Below are positions 28,495 to 41,217 of a stretch of 64,000 nucleotides of DNA, in pieces (the first letter of the stretch is position 1; every line of letters begins with the position of its first letter). The notes under the pieces are model-generated. The model was not told the DNA's origin and searched no databases. It saw nothing but the letters and a program-made list of their open reading frames with translations. Position numbers and translations under genes: made by a program. This DNA comes from the human T2T-CHM13v2.0 reference genome, Homo sapiens: NCBI RefSeq assembly GCF_009914755.1, contig NC_060929.1. The stretch is one strand, 5' to 3'.

Positions 28495-30850
28495 TGATAT
28501 GGTTTGGCCGTGTCCCCACCCAAATCTCATCTTGAATTATAGTTCCCATAATCCCCACGTGTTGTGGGAGGGACATGGTCACAGGTAATTGAATCATGGG
28601 GGTGGTTTTCCCTGTGCCGTTCTCATGATAGTGAGTGAGTTCTCATGATATCTGATGATTTTATAAGCATCTGATATTTCCCCTGCTGGCACTTCTCTCT
28701 CCTGCCACCATGTAAAGAAGGACCTGTTTGCCTCCCTTTATACCATGATTGTAAGTTTCCAGAGGCCTCCCCAGCCATGCAGAACTGTGAGTCAATTAAA
28801 CCTCTTTCCTTTATAAATTACCCAGTCTTGGGCAGTTCTTTATAGCAGCGTGAGAACAAACTAATACAGTAAATTGGTACTGGGAGTGGGGTGCAGCTGA
28901 AAAGATACCCGAAAATGTGGCATTGACTTTGGAACTGGGTAACAGGCAGAGGTTGGAACAGTTTGGAGGGCTCAGAAGAAGACAGAAAGATATGGGAAAG
29001 TGTGGAACTTCCTAGAGACTTGTTGAGTGGCTTTGACCAAAATGCTGATAGTGGTATAGAAAATGAAGTCCAGGCTGAAGTGGTCTCAGGTGGAGATTAG
29101 AAATTTGTTGGGAACTGGAATAAAGGTAACTCTTACTATGCTTTTAGCAAAGAGAATCGTGGTGTTTTGCCCCTGCCCTAGAGATCTGTGGAACTTTGAA
29201 CTTGAGAGAGATGATTTAGAGTATCTGGCGGAAGAAATTTCTAAGCAGCAAAGCATTCAAGAGGTGATCTGGGTTCTCTTAAAAGTGTTCAGTTTTACAC
29301 ATTCACAAAGAGATGGTTTGGAATTGGAACTTATGTTTAAAAGGGAAGCAGAGCATAAAAGTTTGGAAAATTTGCAGTCTGACAATGTGATAGAAAAGAA
29401 AAACCCATTTTCTGAGGAGAAATTCAAGCCAGTGGCAGAAATTTGCATAAGTAATGAGGAGTCAAATGTTAATCGCCAAGACACTGGGGAAAATGTCTCC
29501 AGGGCATGTCAGAGGACTTCACGGCAGACCTTTCCATCACAGGCCAGGAGGCCTAGGAGGAAAAAATGGTTTTGTGGGTTGTGCCCAAGGGCTTACTGCT
29601 TTGTGCAGTCTCAGGACCTGGTACCCTGTGTCCCAGCTGTGGTTAATGGGGCCAACATGTGAAGCTCAGGCCATTGCTTCAGAGGGTGAAAGCCCCAAAT
29701 CTTGGTGGCTTACTTATAGGATTGGGCTTCTGGGTGCACAGAAGTCAAGAATTTAGGTTTGGGAACCTCCACCTAGATTTCAGAGGATGTATGGAAATGC
29801 CTGGATGTCAATGCAGAAGTTTGTTGCCAGGGTGGAGCCCTTGTGAAGAACCTCTCCTAAGGTAGTGTGGAAGGGAAATGTGGGGTCAGAGCCCCCACAC
29901 AGAGTCCCCACTGGGGCACTGCCTAGTTGAGCTGTGAGAAGAGAATCATTGTCCTCCAGATCCCAGAATGGTAGATCCACCAACAGCTTGCACTGTGCAC
30001 CTGGAAAAGCCACAGACACTCAACACTGGCTTGTGAAAGCAGCCAGGAGAGGGGCTATACGCTGCAAAACCACAGGGGTGGAGCTGCCCAAGGCCATGGG
30101 AACTTAACGTCTTGCAACATTGTGACCTGGATGTGAGACATGGAGTCAAAGGAAATTATTTTGGAGCTTTAAGATTTAGTTACTGCCTTGTTGGATTTTG
30201 GACATGCATAGGGCCCTTTGTTTTACCCAGTTTCTCCCATTTGGGATGGGTGTATTTACCCAATGCCTGTACCTGCATTGTGTCTAGGAAGAAACTAACT
30301 TGCTTTTGATTTTACAGGCTAATAGGTGGAAGGCACTTGCCTTGTCTCAGATGAAACTTTGGACTTGGACTTTTGGGTTAATGCTAGAATAAGTTAAGAC
30401 TTTGAGGGACTGTTGGGAAGGCATGGTTGTGTTTTAAAATGTGAGGACATGAGATTTGGGAGGGTCCATGGGCAGAATGATATGTTTGGCTGCATCCCTA
30501 CTCACATTTCATCTTGAATTGTAGTTCCCATAATACCCACATGTTGTGGGAGGGACATGGAGTGGGGTAATTGAATCATGGGGGCAGCTTTCCCCATGCT
30601 GTTCTCATGATAGTGAATGAGTTCTCATGAAATCTGATGGTTTTATAAGCATCTGGCATTTCTCCTGCTGGCACTTCTCTCTCCTGCCACCATGTGAAGA
30701 AGGACATGTTTACTTGTCCTTCCAACATGAATGTAAGTTTCCTGAGGGCTCCCCAGACATGCAGAACTGTGAGTCAATTAAACCTCTTTCTTTTATAAAT
30801 TACTCAGTCTCAGCCTGTTCTTTATAGCAGCATGAGAACGGACTAATACA
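28495..30850 (+). mobile_element. Full-length THE1 (THE1C/D-like) MaLR provirus: LTR 28495-28868, internal 28869-30477, LTR 30478-30850
   Basis: Two ~375-bp direct LTRs (tgatat...ctaataca); internal begins gtaaattggtac; MaLR-int ORF remnant LWNFELERDDLEYLAEEISKQQSIQ. Confidence 0.95.
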
Positions 30851-31250
30851 GGTAATGTTCACCCCATCTAACCCCTCTTCCTGGATACCCAGGAGGGCAA
30901 CATTCCCAGCCTCCTTAAAGTTGTGTGGGGACCATGTGACTAAATCCTGGCCAATAAGATGTTGTGAAAAGAATGTACACCACCTCTAGAATAGGCCATA
31001 AAAACAAACTCCCATGCACTTCCCAGCTCTCTTCCTCTTCCACTACCACTTTGGAAGCCGGGTGGCTGGATATCCAGGTGGTGGAGCCTCAGCATGGAAC
31101 AGGCCCAGATTCCACAGTCACTGCTTGGCAAAAGCTGTGAGGAGACGAGACACCCAACCTACTTCTGGATTTCTGTGAGCAAGAAATAAATATTTGTTGT
31201 GTCTAAACTCTGAGAATTGGAGGTTGTTACCCTAGCTAATCCCTGACACG
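30851..31250 (+). mobile_element. MLT1I/J-like LTR (probable host of the THE1 insertion)
   Basis: cattcccagcctcc...ccatgtgact...tggccaat...gtgagcaagaaataaa. Confidence 0.7.
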
Positions 31251-31339
31251 GGCATGTCACACAGACTTTTGGGTGTGTATCCACTTCTATTACTGTGAAA
31301 AACACCAAAAGAAAAAAGCAAAGTTTATTGGCTCTTATG

Positions 31340-32620
31340 TTTTTTACTACCATCATAAAAAACTCAACAGTAAAAAAACAAACAACTCAGTTACAAAATG
31401 GGCAAAGACATGAGCAGATATTTCACCAAGGAGAAGATGGAGATAGCCAAAAAGCATGCAGAGGCTGGGCGCAGTGGCTCAAGCCTGTAATCCCAGCACT
31501 TTGGGAGGCCGAGGCAGGCGGATCACGAGGTCAGGAGATCAAGACCATCCTGGCTAACACGGTGAAACCCCATCTCTACTAAAAATACAAAAAATTAGCT
31601 GGGTGTGGTGGTGGGCGCCTGTAGTCCTAGCTACTCAGGAGGCTGAGGCAGGAGAATGGCGTGAACCCGGGAGGCGGAGCTTGCAGATGGCACCACTGCA
31701 CTCCAGCCTGGGTGACAGAGCGAAACTCTGTCTCAAAAAAAAAAAAACAAAAGCACGCAGAAACATGTTCCTCATCATTGACCATTAGGGAAATGCAAAT
31801 GAAAAGCAGAAGGAAATATCACTACACACCTATGAAAACAACTATGGTTAAAAAAAAAATGCTAACAAGAATCCACAGAAAGTGGTTCTCTTATCCATTG
31901 CTAGTGAGAATGTAAAATTGTCAGTGTCTCACAAAGCTAAGCACGCATCATAATACCCAGCCCTCACACTCTTGGGCATTTATTCAGAGAAATGAAAACT
32001 GATGTTTGTGCAAAAACCTATACGTGACTATCGATAGAATTTTTATTCACCATATTTGCAGAAACTCTGGTACGTGCATATAATGGAACACTACTCAGCA
32101 GTAAAAAGGAACAAACTATTGTTACATGGATCTCAAGAGAACAAACACTGAGTGAAAAGTCAACCTTGAAAGATGATGCAGTGTGTGATTCCATTTGTAC
32201 AACATTCTCATAATGACAAAATGATAGAGATGGAGAACAGATTAGTAGTTGCTAGAAGACAGGGACAGGGAGGGGGAGGTTGCAAATACCAAATACGAAG
32301 AGGTAGTGCAAGGGTGTGCATTTGTGATGATGAACAGTTCTGTGTCTTGACTGTGGTGGTGGTTATCAAAATTTATACACGGGATGAAATTGCATAGAAA
32401 CGGAGAGAGAGAGAGGAATGATTACCATCTCAACAATAATGAGAACTGAATAAGGTCTAGAGTCTAGTAGCATTGTAATATCAATGTCAATTCCCTGGTT
32501 TTGATCTTGTGCTGTGGTTATATAAGATGTCAGCATTAAGATTAGCTGAGGGAAGCTTACAAGGGACTCTGTACAATTTTTGCAACTTCCTACAAGTGTA
32601 CAATTATTTCAAAATAAAAT
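31340..32620 (+). mobile_element. L1M 3'-end fragment
   Basis: aaaatgggcaaagac.tga.cagatatttcacc...ttttgcaacttcc...attatttcaaaataaaa. Confidence 0.75.
31463..31752 (+). mobile_element. AluY with a small right-arm deletion
   Basis: Alu; TSD aaaagca(t/c)gcaga. Confidence 0.93.
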
Positions 32621-32929
32621 GTTTTTTTTTCCCACAGGGTAGGACATGAGCAATGATAATTCCAACCAGAGACCATCTACTAAGTGGACCTGTGGCCAAA
32701 ACACCAGGTGTTCTCACTGTGATTCCTACCTACTCTGGTGAAGTAGTATTTCTCCTCCAGTTTTAATAATGAGGACAAGTTGTTATTTTTCTTCCCAGCA
32801 AGCCAAAAATAGCAGCAACAATCCCCACCATCCAGGGGTATGACATACACCCTGAGAAGCAAAGCTCCTGCACCAAGGCCTGCTGGAAGGTAAAAGCAGC
32901 CATGTCCGTCCACGGCATGAGTGTAAGCT

Positions 32930-33720
32930 GAGCCCCTACTAGGTGCCAGGGACTGTGCTTGATGTTGAGTGGAGAACAGGCTGAAGAAGACTTGGGGAGA
33001 CAGTGAGGGAACTCAGAGTCCAGATGGGAGAGAATGATGACTTGGCCAGGAGGTTGTAGTGGGGAGGAAGAGAAAGCATGGATTTGAGACTCCTCTGGAG
33101 GTCAAATAAATAGGACTTGGGGATTGTTTGGGTGTGGACAGTGAAGGAGAGGTACCTAGGGTGACTTCCTGACCTACCTCTCAGCTTCTGTGACAAGAGC
33201 CAGTGCCTCCAAATCAGCATTTCATTGCTTGGGCATCAAGAAGTCCCAAACTCTTTGCACAGGTTTCCTGTTCCAGTGGCCGGCCCTCAGAATCTCCCTC
33301 CCCTGGGCCTGTTGGAGATTGTGGGACTGATAATGGGAGCTAGAAGGGGGTAGCCCCTGGAAAGCTCCATCCCACGGTGGGTCTGCTTTGGGCCATGCCT
33401 GTGCAAAGCCCTCCACCAGCTCCAGGGGTGGCTGGTGCAGATCTTGTTCCCAGTCCTGAGATGGAGCGAGGGGAGGATATGCTCCCATGGGGAAGACTGG
33501 AGGAGGAGCAGATGGATGGGGGAGAGTGAGTTCAAGCTTTAGAGTAGCTGGAATGGTAAGTGGCCTGTCCAAGCTCAAGGATGGAGTTCTTAAGTTGGGA
33601 ATCATCAGCCCACACAGCTTTGCCTGGAGATGGTTTAAAGTGAGCAGGAACAAGAGCTGAGGACAGGGGCTGAGTTTAATGATTGTATAAAGGAGGGAGA
33701 GACAGAGAAGGGGCAGTCAA
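32930..33720 (-). mobile_element. L2 fragments (interrupted)
   Basis: gtgccagg.actgtgct; ggatttgaga...tggaggt..aa...a.aggactt; ggagatggt.tt.aaa. Confidence 0.5.
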
Positions 33721-34899
33721 CCAGGTAGAAAGAAAAGCAACAGAGTGCTGGAGCAGGGGCGCAGAGAGAATGACAGATCCAGAAAGAGAAGCTCTGGGAT
33801 CTGTGAGCTGAGAGATGACAGCACAGACATATCCACTGAGCTGGAGCCCTGCTGGCCTCTGCTGGTCACGCCACACACAGCGGGGAGCACAGGGCCTTCA
33901 GGCCACTTGTTCCGTGGACACCTGGTCTTGCTGGCCTGGGTCAAGGGCACAGACCACTGCCCTGGAGGGCCAGCAGAGGAAACTGGCTGCCTTCCTGCAT
34001 GAATTGGGGCTCTCTCCTTGCCTGCCTTGGTGCCCCCAGTGGTGAGTCTTTGGTGAGGAGACCAGGTGCCCTGGAGTGTTATGTGTTTCTGCTCAAGGGT
34101 CCCTTTCTGTAGGTCTACTGGTGTCTGTAGCCCCTTGACTTCCTTCTGAGAATGATCAGGGCTGGGACGCTGCCTGGAAGTTTTGGGCAAAAGACTCTGT
34201 CCCCCAACCCACTGGGGTGAATGAGCCAGCAGGAGCCTGGAGCTCCTGAGGTCTTGTGTGGGGAGCAGGGTGAGAAGGACCGAAGGACAAGACCCTGCTG
34301 ACACTGTGGGAGCCCCTGGCCTGGCTGCACTAGGCCCTCCTGTCACTGGCTCATCTCCCCCACTTGAGCCACTGGGGTAGGTGCCTGAGAATAAACTGAC
34401 AGGGGCCTCCCATCCCTCCATCTGGGCCTCTCTCCCTGCTGGACCTGCCTCCTTGACCTGGGAACAGGCCAGAGTCCTAGACAGGCTCTGTCTGGACTCC
34501 TGGCAGCCACTGTCTGTGCCCACACCCACGTTCCACATGTTCTGAGGACCTAGCAGACTCCAGCCTGGCCCCACCCAGCCCACCTCACCTTCCCCAACCA
34601 AAAGCTGGGGAGACCTAGGTCAGTGACAGCTCCTCTGTGGGGGATTTATCCCCTACACTCTGTTTAGATTCTCAAAACATAAGATCCGGTTTGTTAGCCC
34701 CTTCCCATGAAACACCTGGGCCTGCACACTCCAAAATTAGACAGAAGAAGCTCCTCTGGGAATTCGAAGACACCTTCTCTGCTAATTCTCCCATTCCCGA
34801 GTGGTTTTCACAGCTCACTAGAACCGCCAGGACCAGCTCGGCCTCCCTAATGAGCCAGCGCTTCCTTAGCTGGGAAGTGCTCTGGCCCTAGTGAGTTTT

Positions 34900-34995
34900 T
34901 CTCGGCCATAAATGCACATGCTGTGGGTCAAGGATGGAGAACTGGCATTTATGGTGGATCCCGGTTTTAATAAGGTCAGGCAGGGACTCTTTCAG
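34900..34995 (+). promoter_or_regulatory. Candidate promoter and short first exon of the putative disabled gene
   Basis: Inverted pair ccataaatgc (34906-34915) and gcatttatgg (34945-34954), CDX/TATA-like; strong donor CAG|gtaagc at 34995/34996. Confidence 0.3.
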
Positions 34996-35365
34996 GTAAG
35001 CCCAGAGAATGCCACCTGTGGCAGGGCAGGGACAGGGGCATGATTTGCGTGGCTCAGGACAGTGACATGACCATGAGGAGGTACATCCGGCCTCTCCCAC
35101 GTGGGTAGCATCCTCTCTGACCCGCTTCCTCAGCCCTGGCTCCCAGCCTCGCCCCCACCCCCAGGCTATCTGACCAGCCCTCACCAGCCCTGCCAGCTAC
35201 AGCTGCAAGATGGGATGCAAAGGCTACGAGGTCCGAGGGTATCCCCAGGGAGTGATGGCAGCAGGCAGGATGGCGATTCCAGGAGATGCTGTTCCCCCTC
35301 CCCCGCGGGGCAGTGACAGTCCTGGGGAACCCACTTTTAGAACAACACACCAGGCTTGTTTGCAG

Positions 35366-35464
35366 AGGTGTCAAAACCTTCCAAAAGCCAGACCACAGGA
35401 TGTGGACCTGCTGCTGCTGCTGGACCTGGGGAAGCTGGACAGGTCACTCAGCACACCGCTGTAG
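35366..35464 (+). pseudogene. Candidate signal-peptide exon (frameshifted)
   Basis: Acceptor cttgtttgcag|; ATG at 35400 with A at -3; MW, then after a 1-nt shift LLLLLDLGKLDRSLSTPL; weak donor tag|gtgtca. Confidence 0.3.
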
Positions 35465-37169
35465 GTGTCAGCAGAGCAGGCTGTTGGCAGGCGCTGTTCC
35501 TCCGGCCCCAGCAACAGGCCTGGGAGCAGCCCACCAGGAGGCCCCGGGGGAGCTTCAGTCTCCAGCTTCTTACTGGGCCCCTGTATGCTACCCTCAGCTG
35601 TTGCTGGTAAAGCTGGGGCCCTCAGGTCCATTTGTGCAGCGAGTCCTGGGCCCCGGAGGACACCGCTAATCAGCTTCTCTGCTGGCCAGGGGATACTCAC
35701 GGGCCTCACTGCAGGGCCACTGCAGCTGATCTGGTGCCTGGCCTGCCAGTGGCCCCTCACATGTAGCTCCTCCCTGTTGGTAACCCCCCACTTAGCTCCT
35801 GCACCCTGCTCTTCTCCCACCGGCCCTCAGGCCAGCCCTCCACCTGTCCCCCGCCCTCCCAGGCTAGCTTGGAGCCCTGGTCTGGGAAGCAGTGTTCCCA
35901 TGGGAAGAACCCGGAGCCAGGCCTCAGGACACCATGCACACGTCTGCTGCAGAGCAAACAGCTCTTGCCTCTCGGGCCCCTTGCCAGCTTTTGATTCATG
36001 CAACTTAGAAAATAAGACATATTTTTATGCTGTTTGCCACGTTTATGAAGGAGAAATGTGTTTCATTGACTGGCCCAGGACCTGCCCTCTCATCAGCCGG
36101 CAGAGGCACAGGCTCCTCCAGGTGCCTCTCACTCTTTCCTGGGCCTGGGTCAAAAGCGCTAAACCTGCTCCAACAGCCAAAGCAGCCAGGCCTCACTCTT
36201 CCAGATGAGAACTTCGGGTCAAGCGTTTTCTTCCCAGTCTCACTCCTCAGCCCTTCCCCCTACCATCTTGTTTCCATAATCCTGAGGCTCAGGCAATTAA
36301 AATAAAATATCCTTGTAGTCTCTAGATGTTTACTAAACCAGCTGGTAATGAGCTAGGCAGGATCATCTCTATTACATAAAGGAGAAGAACAAAGAATTAG
36401 GAATATGGAAGACATTCAAACGTCTTAATTAGTGCTTCCATTTGTAAAAGCTGCTCCATCACCGAGAGCTTCTCTCAGAGGCCCATCACGGGCAGGCCAG
36501 GGACCCTAAAGCCCCCGTGCAGACTGCAGCAGCACTGTCAAAGGCTAGCTTTGGTCTCGGCCAGGCCACCTGGCCACAGCTCCACACTCAGGGATCTGGG
36601 GACCTTGAAGCATCAGATGATGGCGGGGCCCCGGGCTGGGTCCAAGCTCTGCATGGACTCCTGGAAAGGGAGAGATGGGCAGTGTCTGCAAGCAGATGTA
36701 GCCAACAATGAGGCAGAGCCCTGGGCTCCAGATGGCTCCCACACTGGGGCAAGTCTTGGCTGTGCTCCTCGCCACACCACTGGCAGACACTGCGCCTGGC
36801 TGGGGAAATTCCTCCAGCTCCTGGCCTCTTTCTCACCCTCCCTGAAGGCTTCTGGATTCCCTCACAGCCTCTGCTGAAGCCTGAACACCAGAGAACCCAG
36901 AGGATGAGCATGCCACAGACTGCCCTTCACCTTCGGGCTGCAGCCTGGACCCCCAGGCTCGCCCAGGCAGCAGGGCTGGGCTTGTGGGTGGGAGGGCAGC
37001 ATGACAGTGGGAGGTGATGGTACCGAGCAGAGCTCTAGGGTCAGAGAGTCAGGCTGAGCCTGTGCCTCGGCCCTGGTCCTGCCCCATGGGCTACCCATGG
37101 CTCCCCCTCCACGGTGATGTCATCCCAGACCACTTCATAATAAGCACAGCCCTGTGTCCTGAGCCCCGC

Positions 37170-37285
37170 CTGGGGCCAGGCCTGGGCTAAGCACTCCACC
37201 ACATTCACTGTCTCGCCAAGGCCTCACCATAACCCCATGGGGCGGTTCTGTTATTAGCCCCACTTTACATCAAGGCAGAGAGAAG
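37170..37285 (-). mobile_element. MIR fragment
   Basis: ggccaggcctgggctaagcact...ctgttattagccccactttaca. Confidence 0.55.
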
Positions 37286-37797
37286 AGAACAGCCATCTCA
37301 ACCAGCCAGCAGGAGCCTGGAGTTCAGAGAGCTCGGAGCTCCACTGCACACCACATACCCGGAGCTGCCGCCTTCGGCCAGTGTCCATCCCCAGCCTCCC
37401 AAGCTTGGCCCAAGCCCCCTGGCCTTTGTGGGGCTGAACCCACCACTGAGCACACCCAACATGCCCTCATCCCACAGTTCCCTGCCTCCCCCACCTGAGC
37501 CCAGCACGCCACAGAGGCCTGATGAGGGCACAGGCTCAGTAAACACGGGTGGAACTGCGCTGATTGAAGGTTGGAGACTGTCTTGAATTAAACCACGATG
37601 GATGACTCTTTTAAAGCAGGGGAATGAAAGAAGAAGAAAGTAAAGCTGACATGAGTAGCCTTAGGCTTTCAGCAGGCCCAATTTAACAGTTCGAGAAGTT
37701 GCCACTATTGAACAATAATTCTTTCCTGTGAAGCGCCCTGGTCTAATGCTGGACAGAGTCCTCTGAGCTGTGCTAAGCCAGTTCCCTGCCTTTACAG

Positions 37798-38011
37798 GTC
37801 TTACGTCTTAAACCTTTGAAAGTAAACGTCAAATATATTACACTCCTGGGGCACGACTCTCACTGGCCACATTTCTGGAATACCTGAGACTAAATAGCCA
37901 AACTTCAAATGGATTCAACCAACTTGTTGAGTATCTACAAGAAGAATTGGATAATGCCCTTGTCCTTGAGGAAGACATGGGATGAAACATTGACAGCTGG
38001 GATGGATTAGG
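37798..38011 (+). pseudogene. Candidate pseudo-exon A of an unidentified secreted peptide precursor
   Basis: Acceptor ttccctgcctttacag|, donor gg|gtaaag; translates (G)LTS*TFESKRQIYYTPGARLSLATFLEYLRLNSQTSNGFNQLVEYLQEELDNALVLEEDMG*NIDSWDGL; paralogous to exon B. Confidence 0.6.
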
Positions 38012-38727
38012 GTAAAGGCTTTACTGAAAGGATGTAAGAATTGCCACATTCCTCCCACTTGGCCAGGGGGAAAGGTAATTCTATCGTGGCTGGGGTCAGG
38101 TGGGAGGGGAGGGATGCATGCAGGGATAGTGTTTTACAGAGGAAAGGCATTTGACTTGATCTTGAGGGAGAAATCGGAAGGTCAACCGGGGCAGGATATC
38201 GGATATTCCACGCAGAGGGAGCAGCTCACTCGAGCCGAGTGACGTGCGGCTGTCAGCACAGGGAGCTGCAACCGCCCGCCCCTCCGTCGGCGTGAGGGGC
38301 CCCTCGTGGCATCTTCCGAGTGCTATGGAACACCTTGCTCCCGCTCCACCCGCCCCGCCCTCCAGTGCCTTCGTATTTCTCTCATGTGCTTTTGTCTTTT
38401 TTCCTTTCCTTTTCTCCCTTACATATCCAACTGACACCTTGTCCACTTTGCTGCAATTACTAATTCATGGATTGATTAAATCATCTACTCCACAGATACT
38501 TACAGATGAGCTGCTGTGTGCAGTGTTCACGGAAGGCACTGCGGAATTGGGATCGGGCGCCTGCCCCGAAATCCCACACAAAGGGGACAGCAGGAGGAGG
38601 CCGCTCAGCTGTGGGAGTGGGACGGGGAAAGGGAGGTTTCAAGGCCAAGTGGAAGAAGTGGCGGTGGGGGAAGGTATTCCAGGTGGGCACACTGTCACCC
38701 ACTCATTCACACCATCCACACTGCCCA

Positions 38728-38728
<1 letters not shown>

Positions 38729-38762
<34 letters not shown>
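38729..38762. repeat. (AC)17 microsatellite
   Basis: Directly visible. Confidence 0.95.
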
Positions 38763-38768
<6 letters not shown>

Positions 38769-38853
38769 TGCTTCTCTGCTCTGCACCTCAGAGACCATCT
38801 ATACAAACCTGATGGAAGTGTGTTTAGTATATTTCATTAAAAGATGCTTGGCC

Positions 38854-39160
<307 letters not shown>

Positions 39161-39892
39161 TCAACACTGCTTCCTTTCTTGGCCCTGCTGCCTAAGGTGG
39201 CCACGGCTCTGCTGTCTCCAGCCCCTGATGGTAACTCCCCGACCCCCTGCCTGCGGGTTGCCTCCTCCTGCCTGCAGCACTGTGAGTCATGCCTCACTCA
39301 ACGCCCTCCATCTGCGCCATCTGAGTGGCCCTGTGTGTCCCGGTGGGAGGCTGACTCCTCCACATTGGCCCTCGGTGGAGGCCAGGAGGGTCTGAGGTCC
39401 TGGAAAGTCACAGAGATGGTGGAGGCAGGGTTCCAAGGTATGGTTTCCTACCTTGCTGATTCTCCCTGGGTTCTGGCTGGCCAGGCCTGGGTGGATGTCC
39501 CCTTCCAGTCCTCTTCCCAGCTTCCTGGGCCCTAATGTGGGCTGAGTGCTGGGCATCAGACCTTCTTTCTCCAACAGCCCAAGGATTAGAACATATAGCG
39601 TGGGCACCAGAGAGCAAACGGGAGGCCAGGCCCATGTTGGTGCAAAGAAAGGCTCACAGACCTGCGTCAGGCGGGCATGGGGCCCATCCCCCCACTTCCC
39701 TGTTCCCACGCCCAGAGGAGGGGCCTGGCTCATGCCTGCTCAGGGTCGGAGGGCCAGGCTGAGCCAGGGCTGCCTTTCTCTCGGCTCCGTCCCAGGTGAG
39801 GGTGCCTTCCCTGTGAGCTGATTGGAGCCAGGGAGGACCAGAGGATGGGGACACAGTCACAGCGAGGCCCTGGCTGACGCTGTTTGTTCCAG

Positions 39893-39964
39893 GTCGCCTT
39901 TACGGGACTTCACAGGGATTCAACAAACTGGTTGAGTATCTCCAAGAACCTGGACAAAGCCTGA
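39893..39964 (+). pseudogene. Candidate pseudo-exon B (coding part of the terminal exon)
   Basis: Branch-like ctgac plus tgtttgttccag| acceptor; (G)RLYGTSQGFNKLVEYLQE, 2-nt gap, LDKA*. Confidence 0.55.
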
Positions 39965-41217
39965 GATGGGAGCCCGGGCTGGGCGGATACTCGAGGCCAG
40001 GTGTTCTGCACTGTGTAGCTGAAGGTGAAGGTGATGACCACCACAGGCCCTGGCAGGAGGTTCAGGACCAGGCAGCCAGACTCAGACCTCTGCCCAGGGC
40101 CCAGTGCTTGGCCGGGGCCTGCCCTGAGGTCACCCCTAGACGCAGCGCCAAGGGCTGAAGATGTGATGGCAGCACGCTGACCGGTGGCCCAGGCTGGGTC
40201 AGAGTTTCCGGGGCCAGCTCAGACGTTGGAGGCCTGGGGAGGCTGGCCCCAGCCCCAAAGGAGGGACTGAAATTGTTTCCATGGCAATGGAAAAAGTAAC
40301 ACAGAGAGGAGCAGGACACTCCGCCAGGCCTGCAATAGCCATCCTGTGCTGGGCCGGCCAGCTCCCAGCAATTACAGGCCCAGGACGGGAGGCAGATCCC
40401 ATCGCAGCTTCGTCACCCCTCCTGGGATGCTGGCAGCCTGACAGCTTCCCCCCAGCCCTGCGCCTGGAGGCTGGGACAGACAGGCCACGGGCAAGAGAGC
40501 CAGCAGGAGCCTGGCTTCCAGTCTGACAGCTGCCCCCAGGGTCTCCATGAACTTCCCAAGTGATCGCTGTCCCCAGACTCAGTTCCCTCATCTGTAAAGT
40601 GTGGGCATTCATGCCCCCAGCTGTGTGAGCACGGGTGGAAGCATGAGGAGGCTCTGTCCCCATTCACTAGTGTTGTCAGAAGCCGCTGCAGCCCCCACAG
40701 CTATTGCCTGGCACCGCTCTGCGGCCTCGGCCTGAGGGATGACTCTGAAACCCAGGGGGTCCCTACCCCAAGGAGCAGGCAGGAGGGCCAGCTCTGGGAG
40801 GGCAGGCAGGCTGGGACCCAACTGAGGGTGGGGTCCTCAGTTTCAGAGAGCAGAGCCATAGGACACAGCCACCCTCCAGATCCCAAATCCCAGCCACAGC
40901 CTCGGCCTGAACTTGACATAAAATAGCCCTGAGTTCCAAAGGCGTAAACCACAGCAGTTGGGGCCTAAACCCCACTTGTGAAGTCAGGGAGGAAAAAATA
41001 ATTGCAGTGTAGAGCCGCAGGTGGGCGAAGCAGCAAGTGAACCCGGGATGGGGAGGAGTCAGCCTCTAGAGCCCCCTGTGACCTGCACGGTGGAGGCTCC
41101 AAACGAGGGGCCCATGTCAAGCATCGTGGCTTGAGTCCACACAGCTTGAGGAACCCTCACCAGCCATGGCTCCCTTCACTCACTCCACTCCAGCCTCCTC
41201 CTGCTCCGCCAGCACGC

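Noticed and set aside
29063-29662. 199-aa ORF
   Set aside because: THE1 internal-region remnant, not a host gene.
33717-34601. 294-aa minus-strand ORF (also the 247-aa ORF at 35465 and the 261/287-aa ORFs at 42112-43274)
   Set aside because: Pro/Gly/Ser-rich composition expected by chance in GC-rich DNA; no recognisable homology.
38455-38525. Homeodomain-like motifs (ggattgattaaatca)
   Set aside because: Better explained as a decayed L2 (attc)n tail.
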